NCBI GenBank assembly: GCA_020351025.1
Contig: CP070728.1
Location: 1,827,510-1,891,509 of the forward strand
DNA: 64,000 bases
Direction of reading: 5' to 3'
Source: Planctomycetota bacterium
Lineage (GTDB): Bacteria > Planctomycetota > Phycisphaerae > Sedimentisphaerales > Anaerobacaceae
The translations under genes were made by a program, and so were the position numbers. Under the pieces are notes generated by a model that had not been told where the DNA came from, did not search any database, and saw only the letters and a program-made list of their open reading frames with translations. Positions 28,965 to 36,169 of the stretch are shown piece after piece (positions within the stretch are counted from its first letter, which is position 1; each line of letters starts with the position of its first letter).

Positions 28965-29970
28965 TATTTTCCCTTACAGATGTACTCGACAGATACTCAG
29001 CGATTTTATCGTTTATCCTTTCCGTATAGTATTTTTTGGAGGCCAAAATGGCATTCTTTATCGTTCTGCTGTGGCTCGAACCATGACAGATTAGCGCCGT
29101 GCCGTTGACACCGAGCATGAGGGCTCCGCCATATTCATTATAATCATATTTCTTATAAATACGCGCCATCACCGGTTTAAACTTCATAGCAAGTCGCAAC
29201 TTCTCTGCCAAAAGCTCGTGTTTTATCGCCTTAAACAGACCTGCGACAACCCCTTCAGTCAGCTTCAAAATCACATTGCCGACGAAACCGTCACAAATCG
29301 CTACATCACAGACACCTTTGAAAATATCCCTGCCTTCAATATTGCCGACAAAATTCATATTCGGGTCGGATTTCATAAACCCGCGGGTCTTTTTGACGAT
29401 TTCATTGCCCTTCGCATCTTCCTGGCCAATGCTCATAAGCCCGACTCTCGGATTTTCTATACCAAGCAGGTGTTTCGAATATATACTCGCCATCACCCCG
29501 TACTGATAAAGATTTATGGGTTTGCAGGCGATGTTCGCCCCCACATCACATATAGTGACCGGCCCTTCAAAGGTAGGAAATACTACTGCTATGCCCGGAC
29601 GATTGACGCGTGGCAGATTTCTCATCCTTATCTGAAAAGCGGCAACACAGGCACCGGTATTACCTGCTGAAATAACCGCATCGACCCGGCCAAGTTTGGC
29701 TAGCTTGGCTATAATTGCAATCGAGCTTTTGACCTTCCTTCGCAGACTTTCAATCGGAGGCTCATCCATGCCAATAACTTCAGGAGCGTCAAACACACTT
29801 ATCGTGCCCTCGCGGGACCTCAAAGAGGGCAATTGGGGTTCTATTACTTCCCGGGGGCCGACAAGTATCAACTCATCATCTTCGCCAAGCAGCTCAATTG
29901 ATTCCAGAGTCCCCGAGATAATCGCCTCCGGTGCGTTGTCGCCTCCCATTGCATCGATTGCAATTCGCAT
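28948..29970 (-). CDS. plsX: phosphate acyltransferase
   Basis: IAIDAMGGDNAP N-terminus and GGALMLGVNG. Position between rpmF and fabH. Confidence 0.95.
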   Translation of the reverse strand: MRIAIDAMGGDNAPEAIISGTLESIELLGEDDELILVGPREVIEPQLPSLRSREGTISVFDAPEVIGMDEPPIESLRRKVKSSIAIIAKLAKLGRVDAVISAGNTGACVAAFQIRMRNLPRVNRPGIAVVFPTFEGPVTICDVGANIACKPINLYQYGVMASIYSKHLLGIENPRVGLMSIGQEDAKGNEIVKKTRGFMKSDPNMNFVGNIEGRDIFKGVCDVAICDGFVGNVILKLTEGVVAGLFKAIKHELLAEKLRLAMKFKPVMARIYKKYDYNEYGGALMLGVNGTALICHGSSHSRTIKNAILASKKYYTERINDKIAEYLSSTSVRENNEQGS

Positions 29971-29973
29971 TGT

Positions 29974-30162
29974 TTAGCTGCTCTCCTCCTTGCCGAGCTT
30001 TAATGTGATTTTTGGGTTGACATAACCGCAGTTCGTGCACGCTGCGTGGGGCAGCTTGGCCTGGTCACACTTCGGGCAAAGTGAATAATTAACTGCCCTG
30101 AGCCGGTGATGGCTGCGGCGAGTGTGTGTTCTGCTCTTACTGGTTTTCCTTTTAGGTAACAT
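29974..30162 (-). CDS. rpmF: 50S ribosomal protein L32
   Basis: MLPKRKTSKSRTHTRRSHHRL and the CPKC...CTNCG zinc ribbon. Start placed at ATG 30162. Confidence 0.9.
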   Translation of the reverse strand: MLPKRKTSKSRTHTRRSHHRLRAVNYSLCPKCDQAKLPHAACTNCGYVNPKITLKLGKEESS

Positions 30163-30646
30163 TTTCTGCCACTCTATGCATGTTTCAAAAACCACTGAAT
30201 GCCAACGGCTAAAAACTGTCTAAATAGTTAACCACAGGCACTTTGTCAAGGGAAATTTAATGCAATAGACCTTACCAGCCCGAAAAAACACTTGCTGTCA
30301 TTGTGAAAAAGCCGTTTCGAAGCCGACAAAACCAAAAATATCAAAAATCCTTAGAAACTCATTTTAAAATCATTCAGGGATGTGTTAAAATTATACCTTG
30401 ATAAAGTTAAGAAGGCAGGTAAAAAACTATCATAATTTGTTTTTTATTCAGACGTCGTATTTTCCAAGTGGTCTGTTACCCACATCGAATATCTTCCACG
30501 TATTGAGTTGGCTTAAAGAAGGAAAAACTCAAAATTAACGCAACAGAAACCTGCTTTTGCGCATTTTAATAATATAAAAATAAGTTAAAATTTAGGCATA
30601 CAGGTAATTAACGTACCGTCTTAATTTACATTTCAAGGAGGTGAAA

Positions 30647-32650
30647 ATGAAAAGGAATATAAAAAGTTGGAAAGTCACAGCACTACTACTCTTAGCAATC
30701 CAATGTGCGTTGGCACCACAAGTCCTGGCCGGTTCACTCGTTGGCTGGGGGCAGGGGGATAGCCCCGATGGTAACGATTTTATTGCCGTCACTGCCGGTG
30801 CTGGTCATAACTTAGCTCTGAAGTTAAATGGCAGCATCATCGGTTGGGGGAGGAATGATTATGGGCAGACAGAGCCGCCTGATGGCAACAACTTTATGGC
30901 AATAGCCGCAGGTGGCATGCACAGTGTGGCACTCAAGTCAGACGGCAGTATTGATGGCTGGGGCAAAAATGATAACGGTCAAGCTGACCCACCGGACGGT
31001 AATGATTTTGTGGCGATTGCCGCGGGTTACATGCACAGCTTGGCTTTGAAGGCTGATGGAAGGATAGTTGGTTGGGGCTATAGTACGGAAGCTCCGCCAG
31101 ATGGCAACGATTTTGTGGCCATCGCCGCGGGGGGATACCATAGTTTAGCTTTGAAGTCCGACGGTAGTATAGTTGGCTGGGGGGAAAACCAATATAGTCA
31201 AGCCTACCCCACGCCGGATGGTAACGACTTCGTCGCCATCGCCGCTGGGAGGTACCACAGTTTAGCAATGAACTCGGACGGGAGTATTGTCGGCTGGGGC
31301 TATAACGCTTGGGGGCAAGCCAACCCGCCAGACGGCAATGACTTTGTCGTCATTGCCGCAGGCGGATATCACAGTTTGGCGTTAAAGGCAGACGGAAGCA
31401 TCATCGGCTGGGGTGATAACAGGGCGGGCCAGACTAACCCCCCAGATGGTAATTTTGTGGCCGTCACCGCCGGCCTTTGGCACAGCTTAGCCTTGAAGGC
31501 AGATGGAACCATCTTCGAGTGGGGTAGAAACTTGTATGGTCAGGCCGACCCACCAGATGGTTACGATTTTACAGACATTGCCGCAGGGTATTGGCACAGT
31601 TTAGCATTGAAGTCGGACCGTAGCATTGTCGGCTGGGGCAGGAATGATGAGGGGCAAGCTGACCCACCGCACGGCAACGATTTTGCGGCCATTGATGCAG
31701 GTTATTTCTATAGCTTGGCGTTGAAATATGATGGCAACATTGTTGATTGGGGTTACAGTACGGAAGCTCCGCCGAATGGAAACGATTTTACCGCCATTGC
31801 CGCAGGAGGATACCATAGTTTAGCATTAAAGTCGGATGGCAGTATTGTTTGTTGGGGCACTAACAGGTTTGGACAGGCTAACCCCCCGGATGGAAATGAC
31901 TTTGTCGCCATTGCTGCAGGCGGATACCACAGTTTAGCCTTGAAGTCGGACGGCACCATTATCGGCTGGGGCAAAAATGATTATGGTCAGGCTGACCCAC
32001 CAGATAGTAACGATTTTGTCGCCATTACCGCAGGCGGGGAACATAGTTTGGCCTTGAAGTCGGACGGCACCATTATCGGCTGGGGCAATAACATATACGG
32101 TCAGTCTGACTCACCGGATGGAAATGATTTTTTCACCATTGCCGCAGGTGGGGTACATAGTTTAGCATTAAAGTCGAACGGCAGTATTGTGGGCTGGGGC
32201 GAGAACGTTTGGGGTCAGGCTAATCCACCTGACGGGAACGATTTTGTCGCTATCGCCGCAGGCTCGTTCTATAGCTTAGCCATAAAGGAGGCTCTGCCTC
32301 CGATAGAAGCACACATGAAATTTACGCCTAAGACACTAAGTTGCGGCAGCCACAGCAATTGGGTCAAAGCCCATTTTACTCTGCCCGAAGGTATCTTACC
32401 TGAAGATGTCGATGTCAATACGCCAGCTGTAGCTGAGCCTATGGGCACCATATCCGAATATATAAATGTGCTCGGCAGCAACGATGGCTTGGTTAGGCTT
32501 GAGATTGCATTTGGCCGCGAAGCTTTCTGCAGTGCTGTTCCGAACACAAATGATGGCTATTTAGATATTACTGTCACCGGCTATCTCAAGACCGGCCAAC
32601 AATTTTACGGAACAGATACCATCAGAATAATTAACTCGCATTGGCGATAA
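30647..32650 (+). CDS. secreted protein with 14 short RCC1-like beta-propeller repeats and an unnamed 119-aa C-terminal domain
   Basis: Signal peptide, then 14 units of GS(I/V)VGWG.N.YGQ..PPDGNDFVAIAAG..HSLALKSD. AAGGAGG RBS 6 nt before ATG 30647. Confidence 0.85.
   Translation: MKRNIKSWKVTALLLLAIQCALAPQVLAGSLVGWGQGDSPDGNDFIAVTAGAGHNLALKLNGSIIGWGRNDYGQTEPPDGNNFMAIAAGGMHSVALKSDGSIDGWGKNDNGQADPPDGNDFVAIAAGYMHSLALKADGRIVGWGYSTEAPPDGNDFVAIAAGGYHSLALKSDGSIVGWGENQYSQAYPTPDGNDFVAIAAGRYHSLAMNSDGSIVGWGYNAWGQANPPDGNDFVVIAAGGYHSLALKADGSIIGWGDNRAGQTNPPDGNFVAVTAGLWHSLALKADGTIFEWGRNLYGQADPPDGYDFTDIAAGYWHSLALKSDRSIVGWGRNDEGQADPPHGNDFAAIDAGYFYSLALKYDGNIVDWGYSTEAPPNGNDFTAIAAGGYHSLALKSDGSIVCWGTNRFGQANPPDGNDFVAIAAGGYHSLALKSDGTIIGWGKNDYGQADPPDSNDFVAITAGGEHSLALKSDGTIIGWGNNIYGQSDSPDGNDFFTIAAGGVHSLALKSNGSIVGWGENVWGQANPPDGNDFVAIAAGSFYSLAIKEALPPIEAHMKFTPKTLSCGSHSNWVKAHFTLPEGILPEDVDVNTPAVAEPMGTISEYINVLGSNDGLVRLEIAFGREAFCSAVPNTNDGYLDITVTGYLKTGQQFYGTDTIRIINSHWR
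30731..32290 (+). repeat. about 14 tandem coding repeats of roughly 105-120 bp (RCC1-like blades)
   Basis: Periodicity read from the translation (35-39 aa units). Many near-identical DNA stretches such as gatggtaacgattttgt and ggataccacagtttagc. Confidence 0.85.
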
Positions 32651-32684
32651 TATAACGTTTAAAGCTGCTAAAACTAAAATCAAG

Positions 32685-32727
32685 AGGGCTGAGAGGCCAG
32701 AACACTCTCAGCCCTTGTTATTTTTTT
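32685..32727. terminator. bidirectional rho-independent terminator between convergent genes
   Basis: AGGGCTGAGAG (32685-95) and CTCTCAGCCCT (32705-15) form an 11-bp stem, followed by TGTTATTTTTTT. Confidence 0.75.
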
Positions 32728-32765
32728 GTGTAATCCGCATAATCTGCGGTTAAGTATTATTCCAA

Positions 32766-33029
32766 TCACTTTTCTTCTTTTTTTCCCGTCTCGGCTGTTT
32801 CAACCTGGGCTTCTTCAGCTATAGGAGCAGCTTCTTGGGCGGCGGTTTCCTTCGCAGCCTTTCGGCCGGCATGGCTCTTTCGGTGAGCTACTTTCGGCAA
32901 GCCAAACAGAGAGTCACCATCAGACCATCGCTCTTCGTCCTTTAGCTGCTCAATGCGCTCTGTCCGCGAAAGAACATTTCGATGCCTTTTCAAGGCGCCT
33001 TTGACTTTTAATGAACGGTCAATAGACAT
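32766..33029 (-). CDS. small basic protein (resembles the TIGR04137 small-basic-protein family)
   Basis: MSIDRSLKVKGALKRHRNVLSRTERIEQLK...GLPKV pattern recalled from PVC small basic proteins. Lys/Ala/Glu-rich tail. Confidence 0.6.
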   Translation of the reverse strand: MSIDRSLKVKGALKRHRNVLSRTERIEQLKDEERWSDGDSLFGLPKVAHRKSHAGRKAAKETAAQEAAPIAEEAQVETAETGKKEEK

Positions 33030-33049
33030 TCAATATCTCTCCTGAAAAA

Positions 33050-33784
33050 CTATTCGTCAAACTTCATACCGTACGCATCGTGGAAAGGGCTTGAGCCAAA
33101 CGTTTCGTATCCTGAAGGTGCTTTGTACTCAGCACCCAGATGGATTATTTTCTGTTTTGCAAGGTAGCCATCTGTCCCCGGCTTTTCGGGATTCTCGTAT
33201 TTGTCTTTGGTAACGAGATAATACCAGTTGTCGATTCTTCTTACTTCGGTCTCTATCCCGAAACGAGCAAAATACTGACTTACAGGTTCCAAATGAGCCC
33301 TGACCTGATAGGTCTGTATCACGATTCGATTATTGCCCTTTACATCAGCAGGAATTGCGTCCGCCGCAGGTGCAACTGTTGCAGCTGCGGTTTCAGCTGG
33401 AGCAGCCGCTGGCGGGGCACCAGCCGTCGCCTCAGGCGCCACTATCTGGGTGTTTTCCGGCATCTCTGCAACTGAAGCGGCTTGCTTTTGAGCACCCAGA
33501 CTCTGACCAAACCTAAAAACAACCAAAACCAACAGAATAAAGCCCAAAAGCAAGGCAACTGCAAGCTGATATGGTATTGACAACTCAATTCTGTTTACAT
33601 TAAATTGCATGATTTTCGGTCTCTTGGGCCATCTTGTCAGCCTTGAGATTGATGCAAGAGGTTCTGCTGTAACTGGCGTATCCCCATCGGATTCTTCTTG
33701 ATGCAATATCTTGTCGTAGTGTGGCTTAGACCAGGTCTTGCCGATTACCTCATAAAAAGCCTTTTTCTTGCGATTACGTACCAT
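33050..33784 (-). CDS. single-pass membrane protein with Ala/Pro-rich linker and SPOR-like C-terminal domain (tentative)
   Basis: TM LAVALLLGFILLVLVVF, APEATAGAPPAAAPAETAAA linker, and RIVIQTYQVRAHLEPVSQYFARFGIETEVRRIDNWYYLVT, which fits a SPOR-type beta-alpha-beta pattern. Confidence 0.5.
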   Translation of the reverse strand: MVRNRKKKAFYEVIGKTWSKPHYDKILHQEESDGDTPVTAEPLASISRLTRWPKRPKIMQFNVNRIELSIPYQLAVALLLGFILLVLVVFRFGQSLGAQKQAASVAEMPENTQIVAPEATAGAPPAAAPAETAAATVAPAADAIPADVKGNNRIVIQTYQVRAHLEPVSQYFARFGIETEVRRIDNWYYLVTKDKYENPEKPGTDGYLAKQKIIHLGAEYKAPSGYETFGSSPFHDAYGMKFDE

Positions 33785-34030
33785 AATCGCACAAGCCTAA
33801 TTCCCAAAAATACCTGATACGTAGTATTTTATCGGCTAACTCAGGGTTAACAAGCCAAAAACCGGTAAATAAATTGTCCAACCTTTTTTACAATATTTCA
33901 ATATGAATTTCAATGGGAAAGTTTAACGATACGGCAGAGACAGGCCGGAGGCAAATGCATAAATATAGTCAATTCAGGTTAAGTAGGATAGACTAAAAGT
34001 TTTAGTTTTTAGTGCTCTGAAGGGGAAATG

Positions 34031-34140
34031 TTGCAAAAAGTTGCAAAATGTTGCAAAACTCTGCCAAAATAGCGCAAAACGTTGCCAAACTTATACAAAA
34101 CCTTGCGAAACTTATGCAAAAAAGTGCCAAATTTTGCAAG
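34031..34140. repeat. eleven degenerate 10-bp phased units, core TGCnAAA(A)
   Basis: ttgcaaaaag / ttgcaaaatg / ttgcaaaact / ctgccaaaat / agcgcaaaac / gttgccaaac / ttatacaaaa / ccttgcgaaa / cttatgcaaa / aaagtgccaa / attttgcaag fall exactly on successive 10-nt blocks. Confidence 0.85.
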
Positions 34141-34441
34141 CTCCCGCACATTTGATTGAATTTTTGTTCATCTGAAAAATTCAATGAAAATCCGAAATCC
34201 AAAGCACGAAATTCCAAACAAATCCGAAGGACAAAAATACAAAATTCAAAATGAAATAGATAAGCCACAGATTTCACAGAGAAACTTCGTATCTCGAGAA
34301 GCGTGAAGCGTATCCCGATGGAACTGAAAACTTAAAGCTAAAAACGCAAAACCATAATGTTAAATTCAAAATTAAATAGACGCAGAAGTCGCCCAAAACA
34401 AACATAAAAACAAAAAATAAAAAGCAAAATTAATTTTTTGC

Positions 34442-34470
34442 TGGACATTTTCAGGCCATCTTAGTATAAA
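34442..34470 (+). promoter_or_regulatory. candidate promoter TGGACA-17-TATAAA for sRNA candidate A
   Basis: TGGACA at 34442-47, 17-nt spacer, TATAAA at 34465-70. Confidence 0.45.
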
Positions 34471-34476
34471 AAACAC

Positions 34477-34544
34477 GAGGAAACATCAGGGCTGGGTTAT
34501 ATCGCTTTTTCCCCTCTCCCTCCGCTCCCAGCCCTGTTTTTTTT
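34477..34544 (+). ncRNA. candidate small RNA A: long hairpin with C/U-rich loop plus U8 terminator
   Basis: CAGGGCTGGG (34487-96) pairs with CCCAGCCCTG (34527-36). Loop contains TTTTTCCCCTCTCCCTCC. T8 at 34537-44. No upstream plus-strand gene to terminate. Confidence 0.5.
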
Positions 34545-34614
34545 CTGCGCATAGGGTGTTTTTACGGCCTCATTACAGGGCTTTTCCTTCCGGGTCTGCA
34601 ATGGGAGTGTATAT

Positions 34615-34689
34615 AAAAAAAACCCCTGCTTTGAAGGAGGAAGAGGAGGGGAAAAACGCAGGGGCTTTTCAGAAAAATAATTCTTCTAC
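34615..34689 (-). ncRNA. candidate small RNA B (convergent paralog of A): hairpin with C/U-rich loop plus U8 terminator
   Basis: Minus strand reads CCCCUGC-GUUUUUCCCCUCCUCUUCCUCCUUCAAA-GCAGGGG-U8 (stem arms at 34658-64 and 34623-29, U-run at 34615-22). Confidence 0.5.
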
Positions 34690-34695
34690 CAACAC

Positions 34696-34723
34696 ATTTT
34701 ATGTCTTCCACCAGTGAGAGCAA
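34696..34723 (-). promoter_or_regulatory. candidate promoter TTGCTC-16-TAAAAT for sRNA candidate B
   Basis: On the minus strand: TTGCTC (34723-18), 16-nt spacer, TAAAAT (34701-34696). Confidence 0.4.
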
Positions 34724-34888
34724 GAAAAAAATATAAAAAGACGCCTAAGAACATCGAATCCCAGAATTCACACTGGAATCGTGTTTAAATAAGTCTTGGC
34801 TGCCTGAAATGTGGAAGGAGAAAAGAGGGCGAGGCAACTCCTAATTGAGAACCATCGGTGCAGATGGCTTCGGGGCTATAGTTTGCGA

Positions 34889-34916
34889 TTGACGAACAAA
34901 AGTATTTGACTATGAT
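34889..34916 (+). promoter_or_regulatory. candidate promoter TTGACG-16-TATGAT placed for a leaderless aminotransferase mRNA
   Basis: TTGACG at 34889-94, TATGAT at 34911-16. The ATG of the CDS is at 34925, only 8 nt after the -10 hexamer. Confidence 0.45.
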
Positions 34917-34924
34917 GTCGTGAA

Positions 34925-36037
34925 ATGAGAAAGATTGTAGCAGAACGGACAAGCAAAATAGACGCGAGCGGGATAAGAAAGGTCTTTGCACTGGCAGCGG
35001 AGCTTAAGGACCCGGTAAATTTTTCAATAGGTCAGCCTGATTTTGATGTGCCCGAGCCACTGAAAAAGGAGGCAATAAAAGCGATTAAGGCAGGGCAAAA
35101 TAAGTATTCACAGACAGCGGGCGATAGCGTTCTTAAAGAAAAGATAGCGGAGCAGGTAACAAAGGAGTTCGGCTGGTCGGAACCGGCTATACTTGTAGCC
35201 AGCGGTGTCAGCGGGGGGCTGCTACTTGCGTTTATGGCGCTTGTCAATCCGGGGGACGAGGTAATTATACCGGACCCTTATTTTGTAATTTACAAACATG
35301 TGATCAATTTGCTCGGCGGCAAGTGCGTTTTTGTCGACAGCTATCCAGATTTTAAGCTGCCTGTTGAGAAAATCCGTGAGGCAATAACAGAGAAGACGAA
35401 GCTGATTATAGTCAATTCGCCTTGCAATCCAACAGGAGCGGTACATTCGCAAGAACAGATAAAGGCGCTTGCCGAGACAGCCGGTGAAAGAGATATACCT
35501 GTTATGAGTGATGAAATATACGAGAAATTCTGCTACGACGGAAACTGCACAAGTATAGCGAATTACTACGACAAAACGCTTTTGCTTCGGGGTTTCAGCA
35601 AGAGCTACGCGATGGCCGGCTGGCGGCTGGCTTATGCAGCGGCCGGCGAACCGCTTAGGGACGTAATTGAAGAGATGACTAAAATACAGCAATATACCTT
35701 TGTCTGCGCGCCTACACCTTTCCAAAAGGCAGCAATTGCGGCACTGGATTATGATATAAGCGACCTGGTTGGTGCGTACAGGGAAAAAAGAGACCTTCTT
35801 TATGATGGATTACGGGACAAGTTCGAATTGGTCAAGCCGGGCGGGGCATTTTATGCATTCGTTAAGGCCCCAGTAGGGGGGTCGGCGACGGAATTTGTAG
35901 AAAATGCAATTGCCAACAATGTGCTTATCATACCAGGGAATGTATTTAGCGAAAAAGATACGCATTTCAGGATAAGCTATGCAACAAGCAACGAAAAGAT
36001 AAAACGGGGGATAAAGATTCTACGTCGGCTTGCGTAG
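34925..36037 (+). CDS. class I/II pyridoxal-phosphate-dependent aminotransferase (aspartate aminotransferase-like)
   Basis: SGIRKVF, NSPCNPTG and the GFSKSYAMAGWRLAY PLP-lysine motif. Confidence 0.9.
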   Translation: MRKIVAERTSKIDASGIRKVFALAAELKDPVNFSIGQPDFDVPEPLKKEAIKAIKAGQNKYSQTAGDSVLKEKIAEQVTKEFGWSEPAILVASGVSGGLLLAFMALVNPGDEVIIPDPYFVIYKHVINLLGGKCVFVDSYPDFKLPVEKIREAITEKTKLIIVNSPCNPTGAVHSQEQIKALAETAGERDIPVMSDEIYEKFCYDGNCTSIANYYDKTLLLRGFSKSYAMAGWRLAYAAAGEPLRDVIEEMTKIQQYTFVCAPTPFQKAAIAALDYDISDLVGAYREKRDLLYDGLRDKFELVKPGGAFYAFVKAPVGGSATEFVENAIANNVLIIPGNVFSEKDTHFRISYATSNEKIKRGIKILRRLA

Positions 36038-36169
36038 GAAAATCAAAATGCAAAACCGACTTGACCGGATAAGTAAAAGAGGCTAAAAACTACAGCACAA
36101 CTATTAAACGTATTAGGTTTAGGATTTCCGATTCACTATAACTATCCGCTACCACTATAAGGAAGCGAT

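Noticed and set aside
30731-32290. Long tandem DNA repeat that could be mistaken for a non-coding satellite or CRISPR-like array
   Set aside because: It is entirely in frame within one ORF and encodes RCC1-like blades. I report it as a coding repeat.
34031-34140. Possible CRISPR array or replication origin
   Set aside because: The units are 10 bp and contiguous, with no spacers, and no cas genes are present, so it is not CRISPR. There are no consensus DnaA boxes (TTATCCACA; only ttatacaaa/ttatgcaaa) and no dnaA/dnaN nearby, so oriC is unsupported.
34002-34277. 91-aa minus-strand ORF in the large intergenic region
   Set aside because: Its sequence (…FCISFARFCISLATFCAILAEFCNILQLF…) is simply the 10-bp TGCnAAA array read in frame. 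It has no RBS and no plausible fold.
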